The notes below the pieces were generated by a model, which did not search any database, was not told the origin of the DNA, and was given only the letters and a program-made list of their open reading frames with translations. The position numbers and the translations under genes are program-made. Positions 8,597-19,504 of a stretch of DNA of 64,000 nt are shown here, one piece after another. Where the stretch lies: NCBI GenBank assembly GCA_002507175.1, contig DAZE01000012.1:25134-89133 (forward strand). The letters run 5' to 3'. Every line of letters starts with the position of its first letter. Position 1 is the stretch's first letter. The stretch is from Euryarchaeota archaeon UBA558. GTDB lineage: Archaea; Thermoplasmatota; Poseidoniia; Poseidoniales; Thalassarchaeaceae.

Positions 8597-9631
8597 ATGC
8601 CTTCTACTTCTGTGAGGAACGCCGTTGCGAAGTCAAAAGATCTAATGGAAGACGGAGATTATGATGCAGCCTTGTCTACGCTGAGAGACACTTGGGACCC
8701 TAAACTAAGCAAAGGAGATCAAGTATTGCTCGTTAGATCCGCGGGGTTGGTCCACATGTCGCGAGGTCAAAATGACGAGTCGATTAGAAGGTTAGCATGG
8801 AAGGAATCGAGGAAGAGCTTTGAGCGTGCTCAGAAAATAGACCCAGGAAACAAGGAGACTCGAAAACAATTGAATGCCCTGATGTCCATGATGGACGAGG
8901 CAAATATACAAGTTGGAAGGGGATTTTCTATATTCGCAAATGGCGAGCCAACTCCTTTTGGGCTGCTAGCCATGTTCCTATCGGGTATCGTTCTACTGGC
9001 TGTATTCGGCCAAGGGCGAGACTTAATCACCGGTTGGGGTGAAGACGACACCTCGACCGTCCCCGACGGGGACACTGTCAGGTTGACTGTGAGTTATTAC
9101 CCACAAATCGGGGGTCAGAAGGTCACCAGTGAGATCGACATTCAACTATACCCCGATCTGGCGCCATCGCATGTTTCCAGTTTCCTCCAGCATGTAGAAA
9201 CCGGGCTATACGACCAGACAACCTTCCATCGGATAATCGACGACTTTATGATACAAGGTGGGGATTTCGAGAATTCAGATGGAACAGGTGGGTATGCTGC
9301 GAGTTTCTATGGTTATTGCAACGGGCAACAAGAGGCGAATGCAGGAGCCTGTTCTTTCACTCAGTACACACTGCCAGATGAAGCAGACAATGGACTCAAG
9401 CACCAGCCTTGCACCATCTCGATGGCCAAAACCAGCTCCCCCAACACAGGTGGCAGCCAATTTTTCCTAATCCCTGAGGACAGCACTCCAAGTTGGCTCG
9501 ATGGCCAACATACTGTGTTTGGCACTATCCTTGCGGGATGCGAGGCGGTGACCAGCATCAGCGAGGTTCCAACAGGCAGTAATGATCGACCAACAAATCC
9601 TGTAAATCTAGAATCAGCGATATTGCTGTGA
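8597..9631 (+). CDS. Membrane-anchored cyclophilin-type peptidyl-prolyl isomerase with a helical/TPR-like N-terminal domain
   Basis: The C-terminal half has FHRIIDDFMIQGGD...GGSQFFL...LDGQHTVFG (cyclophilin). One TM helix (FGLLAMFLSGIVLLAVF) lies at about aa 120-140. The N-terminal ~110 aa are helical. Confidence 0.85.
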   Translation: MPSTSVRNAVAKSKDLMEDGDYDAALSTLRDTWDPKLSKGDQVLLVRSAGLVHMSRGQNDESIRRLAWKESRKSFERAQKIDPGNKETRKQLNALMSMMDEANIQVGRGFSIFANGEPTPFGLLAMFLSGIVLLAVFGQGRDLITGWGEDDTSTVPDGDTVRLTVSYYPQIGGQKVTSEIDIQLYPDLAPSHVSSFLQHVETGLYDQTTFHRIIDDFMIQGGDFENSDGTGGYAASFYGYCNGQQEANAGACSFTQYTLPDEADNGLKHQPCTISMAKTSSPNTGGSQFFLIPEDSTPSWLDGQHTVFGTILAGCEAVTSISEVPTGSNDRPTNPVNLESAILL

Positions 9632-9677
9632 TGCGATTCTCCCGGCACCTTCAATTGCCACCTGCCGGAGGAGATGC

Positions 9678-12374
9678 ATGATGGGCGACACCTTGCCGTT
9701 TGATTCGATGAGGGAGTTCGAGAAGTCCGACGGCTCGACATCTCGTTTTGCATCCATAGGGGCTTTGGAGGAAGCGGGGCTGTGCGTTATTGAAGACCTG
9801 CCTTACACGATCCGCATTTTGTTGGAGTCCGCACTAAGGCTTTGCGATGAACGATTGATTAACTCAAAGGATATCCAAAATATTGCATCTTGGAGTCCCG
9901 ACTGCGAGAGGGGCGAGATACCCTACAGGCCCAGTCGGGTCCTGCTGCAGGACTTCACTGGGGTTCCTGCAGTGGTAGATATTGCGGCGATGCGGAATGC
10001 CATGGTCGAGATGGGCGGGAATCCAAACAAGGTTAACCCCCAGGTACCTGTTGATCTTGTCATCGATCACAGCATACAAGTGGATGCGTCAGGATTGGTG
10101 CCCAATGCACTGGAACTCAACCTTGAGTTTGAATATCACAGGAATATGGAAAGGTATTCATTCTTGAAATGGGGACAGTCGTCTTTCTCTAATTTTCGTG
10201 CAGTGCCGCCTGGTCGAGGGATTGTTCATCAAGTAAACTTGGAATGGATTGCGTCTGTCGCACGCGAAGAAAATGGTATCTGGTTACCTGATTCTTTGGT
10301 CGGCACTGATAGTCACACTACCATGATCAACGGATTGGGAGTGTTAGGTTGGGGAGTAGGAGGCATTGAGGCCGAGGCGGTTATGTTGGGCCAACCAATA
10401 TATATGCTCCTCCCCGAAGTGGTTGGGATGGAATTGACCGGTTCCTTGAAACCAGGTGTCACCGCGACGGATATGGCACTTAGGATTGTGGAAATGTTGC
10501 GGAAACATGGGGTAGTCGGTCGATTTGTTGAGTTCTTTGGTAGCGGATTAGATTCTCTGAACCTTCCTGATAGGGCCACTATCGCAAATATGGCTCCAGA
10601 ATACGGGGCAACATGCGGATTCTTCCCAGCAGACCAAGTCACACTGGACTATCTTGTATCATCGGGGAGAGATCCCTCTGCAGTTGAGGATATACTCCGC
10701 TATCTGCGAGCGAATTCCTTGTTCAGGCACGAAACCTCAACAACACCAAAATTCACGTCAACTCTACATCTAGACCTTTCTTCTGTGGCATCCTCAATGG
10801 CCGGTCCAAAGCGACCACAGGACAGGGTCGAGTTGGCGGTAATGAGGGACCACTGGCGGGAATCACTCACAGCACCATTGGGGCACTCTGGTCACGGGTT
10901 AGACCACTCCAATATTTCCGAAACTCGGCCATTGGTGGAAAGGGACACTGTGCTCAGCCATGGTTCTGTGGTAATCGCCGCAATCACCAGTTGTACAAAC
11001 ACCAGTAATCCGTCCGTCATGATTGGAGCTGGCCTACTCGCTAGGAATGCCATCGAGGCAGGGCTTTCAATCAAGCCATGGGTCAAACCTAGCTTAGCTC
11101 CCGGCTCTAGGGTAGTCACAGAATATTTGGAATCGGCGGGTTTAGATGAGGACCTCGCACAATTAGGATTCAACACGGTTGGTTATGGCTGTACAACCTG
11201 TATAGGAAACTCAGGACCGTTGGATGAAGACATAGAACAGGCCATAGACGAGGGAGACCTTGTAGTGGGCAGCGTATTATCTGGAAACAGAAATTTCGAA
11301 GGTAGGGTGCACGCCAAAGTCAAAGCCAATTACCTAGCGAGCCCCCCTTTGGTTGTCGCATATGCAATCGCAGGTCACCTTGATTTTGACTTCTCCTCCG
11401 AACCAATGGGATTTGACGAGGACGGCCTGCCCGTTTATCTGAAGGATATTTGGCCATCAGATCAGGATATCGGCGACGTGGTATCAAAGGCCATTTCTCC
11501 GCAGATGTATCGTGATAGATACTCGGACGTCTTGTCCGAGCCGCGCTGGGAGGCTATCCCTGCCGGGGACTCTGAGTTGTATCAGTGGGATCCAAAATCG
11601 ACATACGTCAGAAGACCCACCTTCTTGACCGACATACCCTCGGAGATCGAGCCAATTAAGCCGATCATTGGCGCTCGCTCGCTATTGGTTTTAGGAGACA
11701 GCGTTACGACAGATCACATCAGTCCAGCAGGAGCATTCTCAGTTACTTCACCTGCTGGGAAATACCTTCAAGATCACGGAATAGGTAAGACAGAGTTCAA
11801 TTCATACGGCAGCAGACGCGGAAATCACGAAGTCATGATGAGGGGGACTTTTGCCAATGTCCGAATCAAAAACAAGTTAGCACCGGGCACGACCGGGGGA
11901 TACACGACCCATTTCCCGTCCAACGAGGTCTTATCAGTCTTCGACGCCAGCATGAGGTATCAAAATGAAGGAACTCCCTTGATCGTCATCGCGGGTAGCC
12001 AATATGGAACAGGAAGTAGCAGGGACTGGGCCGCAAAGGGGCCACTTCTATTGGGTGTTAAGGCAGTAATCGCAACGTCGTTTGAAAGGATACACAGGTC
12101 CAATTTGGTCGGGATGGGGATACTGCCGTTGACATTCATAGAAGGACAAGGGCTTAGTGAAATCGGCCTTGATGGGAAAGAGTCATTCGATATCCCATCC
12201 CATCTTGCCACAAAGCCTGGACAACTCATCTCGATTACCGCCACAAACGAGGAAGGTGAATCAATCACTTTCCAAGCCAAGGTCAGGCTTGATACGCCTG
12301 TTGAAGTCGAATACTTTCAGAACGGAGGAATCCTTCAAACTGTACTTAGGGGCTTGGCCAAGCAGGAGTTGTAA
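9678..12374 (+). CDS. acnA: Aconitate hydratase A
   Basis: 898 aa with GTDSHTTM, ITSCTNTSNP and GCTTCIGNSG (Fe-S ligands), and the C-terminal swivel domain SSRDWAAKG. GGAGG lies ~8 nt upstream of the ATG. Confidence 0.95.
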   Translation: MMGDTLPFDSMREFEKSDGSTSRFASIGALEEAGLCVIEDLPYTIRILLESALRLCDERLINSKDIQNIASWSPDCERGEIPYRPSRVLLQDFTGVPAVVDIAAMRNAMVEMGGNPNKVNPQVPVDLVIDHSIQVDASGLVPNALELNLEFEYHRNMERYSFLKWGQSSFSNFRAVPPGRGIVHQVNLEWIASVAREENGIWLPDSLVGTDSHTTMINGLGVLGWGVGGIEAEAVMLGQPIYMLLPEVVGMELTGSLKPGVTATDMALRIVEMLRKHGVVGRFVEFFGSGLDSLNLPDRATIANMAPEYGATCGFFPADQVTLDYLVSSGRDPSAVEDILRYLRANSLFRHETSTTPKFTSTLHLDLSSVASSMAGPKRPQDRVELAVMRDHWRESLTAPLGHSGHGLDHSNISETRPLVERDTVLSHGSVVIAAITSCTNTSNPSVMIGAGLLARNAIEAGLSIKPWVKPSLAPGSRVVTEYLESAGLDEDLAQLGFNTVGYGCTTCIGNSGPLDEDIEQAIDEGDLVVGSVLSGNRNFEGRVHAKVKANYLASPPLVVAYAIAGHLDFDFSSEPMGFDEDGLPVYLKDIWPSDQDIGDVVSKAISPQMYRDRYSDVLSEPRWEAIPAGDSELYQWDPKSTYVRRPTFLTDIPSEIEPIKPIIGARSLLVLGDSVTTDHISPAGAFSVTSPAGKYLQDHGIGKTEFNSYGSRRGNHEVMMRGTFANVRIKNKLAPGTTGGYTTHFPSNEVLSVFDASMRYQNEGTPLIVIAGSQYGTGSSRDWAAKGPLLLGVKAVIATSFERIHRSNLVGMGILPLTFIEGQGLSEIGLDGKESFDIPSHLATKPGQLISITATNEEGESITFQAKVRLDTPVEVEYFQNGGILQTVLRGLAKQEL

Positions 12375-12376
12375 GT

Positions 12377-12979
12377 TTGAAATCTAGACTAGTGTTCAGA
12401 CACGATGACCACGAGATCATCGCTGTGATTGAGGGCCCAGAGGCATGGGTGAAACATTTTTCAGATCAAATAGGCATAGACACAGACTCTGGTTGGATGA
12501 TGGAACTAACCCATGGAAAGGGAACGAGCCCACTCAGGCCTAACAGTGATGAGCCAATCTTACCCGGCCCAACGCCTGACCCATCTAGGATACCAGCTGT
12601 GATCCGAGAAATAGGATCCTTTGACCCTACCCAGAATCCTGACTCCAATGCACCCCCGGATCTCGATGAAAATGAGTTGAAAATTTTCATCTCTGAGATG
12701 CCCGAGCCGCAAATCCCCCCAGACTCGATATCAATGGACCCGCTTACCGAGGAGTGGCTGAGGCTCGTCATGGCGATTGTCATCACAGAACACGGCCTTT
12801 CTTCTCTAACCCCGCAGAAGATAGCAGACCTACTCTCGGAAAGGACATCACTTGACGAAATTGCCGTCAGCCTAGCATTGAAGCGTTTGTGGGCCTCTGG
12901 GAAGGTGGATAGAATTCTAACAGATTCAGGTCATGAATACGCCCCTTCCCCCTCTTGGATACAAGTATACAGAGATTAA
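12377..12979 (+). CDS. Hypothetical protein (Pro-rich linker, helical C-terminal domain)
   Basis: TTG start 3 nt after the acnA stop. No recognisable motif. Coding is supported only by length, position and the absence of a competing ORF. Confidence 0.5.
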   Translation: MKSRLVFRHDDHEIIAVIEGPEAWVKHFSDQIGIDTDSGWMMELTHGKGTSPLRPNSDEPILPGPTPDPSRIPAVIREIGSFDPTQNPDSNAPPDLDENELKIFISEMPEPQIPPDSISMDPLTEEWLRLVMAIVITEHGLSSLTPQKIADLLSERTSLDEIAVSLALKRLWASGKVDRILTDSGHEYAPSPSWIQVYRD

Positions 12980-13009
12980 CAACAAGACTCAGCATTGCGC
13001 ATTTGTTGG

Positions 13010-13019
13010 TAAATAATAA
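13010..13019 (+). promoter_or_regulatory. Candidate TATA box for the giant surface-protein gene
   Basis: TAAATAATAA begins 34 nt upstream of the ATG at 13044. Confidence 0.35.
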
Positions 13020-13043
13020 GAGACCATTGGCACTCCGGGAGCC

Positions 13044-16000
13044 ATGCGCAGCGTAGGCAAGCCAAAAGGAAATGAGAATAGGAGGGCCAAGGCAATCACT
13101 CTAGTTGCCATGATGGTATCCATGACAATGCTTAGTTTGATTCCAGCGGCTAGTGCTTCGCAGATCACACAATACGCAGTCCAAAGGGACCCCCATTACG
13201 TTGACACAGGGGATTTGGACTGTGATGGGGACAATGACATCGTTGCCTCCAGCAGCATGGGCTTCTACCTCACGTCGATGTTCAACGATGGCTCCGGAGG
13301 CTTCCCTGACAGACAGGACATATTCATTGCGGGTGGAGTGGGAGATTCTCAACGGCAAAACATATTCCAGACTGCAAACAGCCAACAAATACAGATTGCT
13401 GACATTGACGGCGATGAAATGCCAGACATCGTCTATTTCCAGGAGAATGTCAGATTCGTAGGAGAAACCTTTGTCAGACCCGCTAACCTAACCGTCATCT
13501 GGGGTGAATGCAACAAAAACACGCATCAATGGGAGCGCGACATCATCGAAATACCCTCTCACCCATTTAGCCAAGGGATGGATATTGGCGACATAGACGA
13601 TGATGGAGATGATGACATCGTTCTTGCAACCATGGCCCCAGATGGCGGTCAGACCTATCTAGAGGTCTTCAAGGGCCCAGACCCAGGCCCCCAAGCAGAT
13701 CAGACGATCCTAATTCCCGCCCCGACGTACGGGCATTACAGCTACATTGAGCTAGGTCAATGGGGCGAGGACCTAGCGGGGGATCCCATTACAGGACAAA
13801 CTCTTCCCGGTGAATGCGAAGACCTCGATCTTTGGGTCCTCAGGACTCCGAGGTTTAATCCCGGGGCAGGATACTCCGTGGGCAACTACGACAACATGAC
13901 AGTACTGGAATACGATTGTGTTACTGGCCTCTATGCCGATCCAAACATTGGAGGATCCGGAGCCGCTGCCGTTCACGATTTTACTCTAGATGCTGAGCAT
14001 GGATATGAGCTGCAGATCGATGTAGAGGACACAGACGGTGATGGAATCGTCGACATGGTTGCTGCAGTTGACGGAATAGAGGGTAGAATCAGCTATGCTA
14101 CACGATCCTCCGTCGGATCAAATTGGGACACGAGGAACTACATTAATCTAGGAAACTACAAGGGCGCTTCAATCACAATCTCAGATGTCAACGGCGATGG
14201 AGAAATGGATTTCTTCATACCCACGGAACTGACACTAACACGGCTACAGGACTCATCCTCGAGGAACCAAACCTACACGACTGTTGAGAACCTCAGGGAA
14301 CTTAACAGCGTGGAGATAATTCTCTCCAATGGCCAAGGAACCGGATACCTTTCTCCGATTTCTTTTGATGTCGGCCGCAGACCCACGGTCGCTGCTCCGG
14401 CACAACTCAAAGGAGATGATACCACTGCCCAGGAGATCATAATCGGACAGAGAGATTACTCTTACCGATTCGGTAGCGGAGCCATGTGGATGGACAGCCT
14501 CGGGTGGCCCGGAGCAGGAGATTTTCTGTCTGTGCTTACGCTTGACAACCAAGATGTTGCAATCGATGGGTTAACGATCGCACCCGCTTCCACAGACCCT
14601 GCTACAGGAGATGCACAACTAGGTGAGGGTACGAGATTCGTCAACGTTACCCTGATGAACACAGGTCTCAATCCAGTGAGCGGATCAGTAGACCTAGACC
14701 TTTCCGTCAAGGAAGTCGTCGGCGGAGTGGACACATTGGTGTATTCAAACGATTTCGATGGAAACGAAGACAAAACAAATTGCACCGGCTGCACTTGGAC
14801 AGGTGCATCATACACCTCCGACTTCGCCCCGGGAACATCCTGGCACGCTGAGACGGGTTCAACCGCTGAGACTGAAAACGTCTCCACCTACGAGGCTGAC
14901 CATAATCCAACTGCATACATGTGGGCAGGACTTGACTACAACGGTACAGCAGAGAACAACTCGGGCTACTTCAACAACATGGATGAGGCATTTATCCTAG
15001 AGGACATCGATCTCACTGGGGCCGATGCGGCCTTCCTTGACGTGTCCATATTGTGTAGCGTGGCATTCACTAACCTCTTCCTTTCAGAGCCGTATGTCGT
15101 CCAGGAGAGATGGCTGTATGAAGACTCGTGCGGGATCGAGGCCTTCTCTGAAGGGCGTGGATGGGAAAGCGTCTGGTTCCAGGGCGGCTATGATCTAGAC
15201 CGATACTTCAACATCCTCCAACTGAACCAAGACCCCGAGCTGGAAATAAAGAACTTCGCTATTTATCCACAATACGTGACTGAATGGACCAATTACACCG
15301 AGGGCGGTGACGAGGACGAAGAGATAAACACGCTAGATGCCATCGACCTAACTCCCTATGCCGGGGAGGTGATTGACCTGAGGTTCAGATTCAGGAGCGG
15401 CCTTTACGGCTCAGTGGGAACAGCAGACACCTCATATGACACTGGCCTTGATGGTTTTGCGTTCGACAACATCACTATCATAAAAAGAAACACGGTATTT
15501 GGCCAAGAACAATCTATTTCACAACAAGTGAACTTCCAGCCCCTAGTAGCAGGAGAAGAGAGAGAAATAACTCTGTCAGCAGACTTCTTGGACAACACGA
15601 CCTACTACATCAGTACTGGTCTGACCAACTTCAATGGATTCGTAGATCAGGACCCCATCAATGACGCATTAAAGTTCCAGACCACTGTCAAGAACCTCTA
15701 TGACCCCGGATTGGTAGCTGACCCATTCGTTGATTTCGAACCAGGCGTGCGCTACGCCTCTGCCGAGTATCCTATCGAGATCAAGGTCCAGAACTTCGGA
15801 AACACTATCACAAATTGGACCACGGAAGCAGAAATATTCAATGCATTGCCCGATCTAACGGCCATAGAGGATTTTTCTGGAATCAATCCGATATGGTCTG
15901 ACGATGGGAACGAAAACGGAACAAGACTAGATGACTCTACCACTTCGAATCAAGTCCTCCCTCAAAATCAAGGTGTCTTCAAGAATTACGCATACTGGCT

Positions 16001-19000
16001 GGGCGATCCGGATGTCGGTTATGGCGATGATTGGAATGAACCAATGTCAGTAGGGCCAGTTGGGGTAGGCCAAACCGATTCTGACTATTCCTACGTTTCA
16101 TGGGATTATTACGCAGAGGGAGACTATCTCGTAGATCAATTTGGTAACATACAGACAGTCAGGGACCAAGCGGCATTATTCATAGAATGGACGAAACAAG
16201 GCCAATCATACAATGGGCTTGTCCAAGGATCATGGGTCGATCTGAACGAAAATGGCATCCAACGGACGAATATCGAGGATCCGCAGTTTCATGCCTGCGA
16301 AGACTTCGACAATGACGGGAATTATGATGAAGCTGAATACTTTGGAGATTTCGGAGACCGGGGATATTACACTTGGTTCGACTCTGAACAGATCGTGAAA
16401 TCGGTTGTACTCGATCTTACTCACATCATCCTGGAGAACAGGACATCGGACGAGACCTTCCAATGGAGGGATGAATGCACCTCACTGGAAGGCTCAGAAG
16501 TGACTCTCACTTGGAGATTCATCTCTAACGGAGATGGTATAAACGGAAACGCTGGATTAGCCGGCTTCGCAATTGACAATATCCGATTCGAGGAATTCAC
16601 CTTCGAAGATGACGGAAATTACAGTGTGGAGGTCAATGGCCTTGACTCCCAGGAGAGTCAAATCGTCAACCTCGGAACTCATGACTTCGACTCTGGGTTG
16701 TACAGGATCGACGTCCGAACAATTTTTGACAACAACGATCCAACGCAGAAATGGTACAACGCTGAGGAGGTTAATCCAAGTAACAACTTCTCCAAGGTCC
16801 AATTTTCAATAGATAGCGCAGAAATCACCCTTTTGCAGCCAAATGTTCTTGATTGTGTTGGAGATGTGACTTATGAGTGCGTTTATCCCATCAGTCCGAC
16901 CTCAGCACACACATTCTCATTGCCAATACTCAACGGTGTGATCGAGGGCGTTTACGAGGTGACTATGTCCATCCTCGACACAACTACTGGCCAGATGGTC
17001 TGGCAGGCAACCTCTGATAATGGGCCATTCGACCTAGTTCCACATCAGCGAGCCTTCGCGAATTGGACACTCGGAAGTAATGCACAGTTAGGCTCAACTG
17101 GAATGTTCAATTCCTGGGAGCCAGGAAGGGCATACAACTTGAGTTGGGACGCGAAGCTAGTCTCGGACGACTCAGAAAATGGAAACAAGAGATACTTTGA
17201 GATTACCTTCATGGACAATATCGATGTAGCTATACTTTCCAATCCAACCGACCAAAACCGCCTCCAGAGAGTCAAATCTGACTTGGAAGCAATGGGGATG
17301 ACCTACACTCAGTTCCGAACCAATGAGTGGGAGGACTATGTAACCGCAGATTGGACAGGTGTCTACCACAAGGTACTACTTCCATGGCAAACGGATTATA
17401 ATGCTGAATACGGAGATTATTATGAAAAGCTCAGCGAGGTAAGAGCTAGTGGCCTTTCAGTGATAGACGTCCTAGACAACTTCATGGTCAATGGTGGCAC
17501 ACTCCAGGTCCACTTAGGCCCATACAGGAATGACTACGTCCCAGACAACCTCCCATTTGGGATGGACATCCAAGAGAGGAATCCAGCCAACTCATCAATT
17601 AGATTCGACTACGATGATGTTCGAGTGATCGATAGATATCACCCACTCCTCGGAGGAGTTGACCTGACTGCGTTGCAGGGGGTCCACGGTGGACAATATG
17701 TCGCCTTGTCAGGCCTGGACATTTCACAGGTCCTTCCCAACCAAGTTCCTGCCGCTTGTGGTGGCAGGATATCTGATCCATTGGGCACCTTCCACAGCCT
17801 GCTGGGTAGCGTAGAATACGGCTCACAGTCTCTGTTGAGCCTATGCAACAGAGGGAATGGTGGCATGGTAGTCACAACATTGGATGTCGAGAACCCCAGC
17901 TTTTCTGAGCCTTATGGGGGCCAGACCATGCCTTTGCTATCGAATATGCTCGGCTACTCGGTGACTCCATATCCATTCGATTTTGGAATCGCAGGCGACA
18001 CGTTCGACCTGACCATAAACGGAGTCTCTCCCTCGATTAACACGGTCACTAAGGCCTACAACACGGTCTACATCAAGTCCAACTCAGAACTACAGTTCAG
18101 CTATGTTTCGGATGCGACTGATTTGATCGCAGACTGGACACTAGAGCCAGGTGGCGAAGACGCCGTGACTGGTTGGAACAGTGAAATAGTGGATCCAGGC
18201 GAATTTTCGCACGTTTCCCAGTCTTCTGCGGAGATACCCACACTAGGATCATTCTGCGTTGAGAGTACGTTGTCCTCGACTGGTTGCTTCATCGGTGCTG
18301 AATGGCTGTTGACGCTGTACCTACACGATGCTGAGGGCCATACTAGAATGACCTATGTGCGACTCATAACAAACGATACTCTTGCCGACGAGTCAGATCC
18401 AACGGCATCGATCAATCTCGTCGAGGACTCATTGACCGACGAGTACGTGGAAGACGACGGTACCAAGACCGTTGCCGGCACAAATTGGGATGTGCACAGG
18501 GTCAGACTAACCCCAACTGGCGACATAACCCTGTCTTTCTCAGGGGCGGAAAGCAACGATGCAGACGCTCCTGAGGGAGAAAGCGGCATACAGATGTACT
18601 CATGGAGGGTATATTTCGACTACCCAGTCACATCCCAACCCAGCCTTGATGGCCATGTCTTTGACATACCCGCGACCGCCGGAGGGGACTCCTTTAGCTA
18701 TACCTTCAGGAATGTCACCAGCGACGGCACACTTGAGAACCAGATAAGGCTCGAATTAATTGTATATGACAAAGCAGGGAAGTCCTCTTCAAAAGCAAGG
18801 ATGTACTTTGTGGTGGTTGGAGAGGATTTCGGTGACGAACCACCGGTCGTGACCTTCACTTCACCTAAGCCGAATGACTCCCAGACAGCAGATCGAGTCA
18901 CAATCAGCGGAAGCGTCGCCTCAGGAGCGGAGAACTCCGACGTGAGGATACAAGTTGCCCTAGCAGATCCTCTGATCCTAGATCTGTCGCCAACGCCTAA

Positions 19001-19499
19001 GGCTACTCAGAAGCAAATTGGCAAGTACAACGAAACAGGATTGCTGGGAGATGGCTCTACCTTCTCAATAACCCTCGATATCTCTGACCTGTACTCCGAG
19101 AGTGAGGGAGTACTCTCGACGGTGCATATTCGGGTAATCGAAGGAGATGGACAAAGGTACACCATATCTTCGAGTGAGGACATATACCTCCTCAAGCGAA
19201 GCAGCGATCCGTGCGTCAGAGATCCCTCAGCTGCAGGTTGCGATTCAGGGGTACAAGGTATCGGCCTTGTTATCCCTGTAGTCGGTGGTTTACTTCTAGT
19301 CCTCGCAATCGCAGGAGTAACACTAGCCATGAGGGGCAGGACAGGAACTACTGTGAGCGATGAGATACGATCCTTCCAAGGAGTCCAGGATCTGGATCCC
19401 GTGGAGGCATACGTCCAGCAGATGGTAGGCCAGGGGTATCCAGAAGATTATGCAAGGCAGTACGCGCAGGACTACTACGCTAACCTCAACAAGAAATGA
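13044..19499 (+). CDS. Giant surface protein (2,151 aa) with an FG-GAP / integrin-alpha-like propeller and a C-terminal membrane anchor
   Basis: Signal/anchor AITLVAMMVSMTMLSLIPAASA. Five Ca-loop repeats (DLDCDGDNDIV, DIDGDEMPDIV, DIDDDGDDDIV, DTDGDGIVDMV, DVNGDGEMDFF). Long acidic body. One C-terminal TM helix (GLVIPVVGGLLLVLAIAGVTLAM) followed by a ~55-aa Tyr/acidic tail. Confidence 0.85.
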   Translation: MRSVGKPKGNENRRAKAITLVAMMVSMTMLSLIPAASASQITQYAVQRDPHYVDTGDLDCDGDNDIVASSSMGFYLTSMFNDGSGGFPDRQDIFIAGGVGDSQRQNIFQTANSQQIQIADIDGDEMPDIVYFQENVRFVGETFVRPANLTVIWGECNKNTHQWERDIIEIPSHPFSQGMDIGDIDDDGDDDIVLATMAPDGGQTYLEVFKGPDPGPQADQTILIPAPTYGHYSYIELGQWGEDLAGDPITGQTLPGECEDLDLWVLRTPRFNPGAGYSVGNYDNMTVLEYDCVTGLYADPNIGGSGAAAVHDFTLDAEHGYELQIDVEDTDGDGIVDMVAAVDGIEGRISYATRSSVGSNWDTRNYINLGNYKGASITISDVNGDGEMDFFIPTELTLTRLQDSSSRNQTYTTVENLRELNSVEIILSNGQGTGYLSPISFDVGRRPTVAAPAQLKGDDTTAQEIIIGQRDYSYRFGSGAMWMDSLGWPGAGDFLSVLTLDNQDVAIDGLTIAPASTDPATGDAQLGEGTRFVNVTLMNTGLNPVSGSVDLDLSVKEVVGGVDTLVYSNDFDGNEDKTNCTGCTWTGASYTSDFAPGTSWHAETGSTAETENVSTYEADHNPTAYMWAGLDYNGTAENNSGYFNNMDEAFILEDIDLTGADAAFLDVSILCSVAFTNLFLSEPYVVQERWLYEDSCGIEAFSEGRGWESVWFQGGYDLDRYFNILQLNQDPELEIKNFAIYPQYVTEWTNYTEGGDEDEEINTLDAIDLTPYAGEVIDLRFRFRSGLYGSVGTADTSYDTGLDGFAFDNITIIKRNTVFGQEQSISQQVNFQPLVAGEEREITLSADFLDNTTYYISTGLTNFNGFVDQDPINDALKFQTTVKNLYDPGLVADPFVDFEPGVRYASAEYPIEIKVQNFGNTITNWTTEAEIFNALPDLTAIEDFSGINPIWSDDGNENGTRLDDSTTSNQVLPQNQGVFKNYAYWLGDPDVGYGDDWNEPMSVGPVGVGQTDSDYSYVSWDYYAEGDYLVDQFGNIQTVRDQAALFIEWTKQGQSYNGLVQGSWVDLNENGIQRTNIEDPQFHACEDFDNDGNYDEAEYFGDFGDRGYYTWFDSEQIVKSVVLDLTHIILENRTSDETFQWRDECTSLEGSEVTLTWRFISNGDGINGNAGLAGFAIDNIRFEEFTFEDDGNYSVEVNGLDSQESQIVNLGTHDFDSGLYRIDVRTIFDNNDPTQKWYNAEEVNPSNNFSKVQFSIDSAEITLLQPNVLDCVGDVTYECVYPISPTSAHTFSLPILNGVIEGVYEVTMSILDTTTGQMVWQATSDNGPFDLVPHQRAFANWTLGSNAQLGSTGMFNSWEPGRAYNLSWDAKLVSDDSENGNKRYFEITFMDNIDVAILSNPTDQNRLQRVKSDLEAMGMTYTQFRTNEWEDYVTADWTGVYHKVLLPWQTDYNAEYGDYYEKLSEVRASGLSVIDVLDNFMVNGGTLQVHLGPYRNDYVPDNLPFGMDIQERNPANSSIRFDYDDVRVIDRYHPLLGGVDLTALQGVHGGQYVALSGLDISQVLPNQVPAACGGRISDPLGTFHSLLGSVEYGSQSLLSLCNRGNGGMVVTTLDVENPSFSEPYGGQTMPLLSNMLGYSVTPYPFDFGIAGDTFDLTINGVSPSINTVTKAYNTVYIKSNSELQFSYVSDATDLIADWTLEPGGEDAVTGWNSEIVDPGEFSHVSQSSAEIPTLGSFCVESTLSSTGCFIGAEWLLTLYLHDAEGHTRMTYVRLITNDTLADESDPTASINLVEDSLTDEYVEDDGTKTVAGTNWDVHRVRLTPTGDITLSFSGAESNDADAPEGESGIQMYSWRVYFDYPVTSQPSLDGHVFDIPATAGGDSFSYTFRNVTSDGTLENQIRLELIVYDKAGKSSSKARMYFVVVGEDFGDEPPVVTFTSPKPNDSQTADRVTISGSVASGAENSDVRIQVALADPLILDLSPTPKATQKQIGKYNETGLLGDGSTFSITLDISDLYSESEGVLSTVHIRVIEGDGQRYTISSSEDIYLLKRSSDPCVRDPSAAGCDSGVQGIGLVIPVVGGLLLVLAIAGVTLAMRGRTGTTVSDEIRSFQGVQDLDPVEAYVQQMVGQGYPEDYARQYAQDYYANLNKK

Positions 19500-19504
19500 G
19501 GCCT

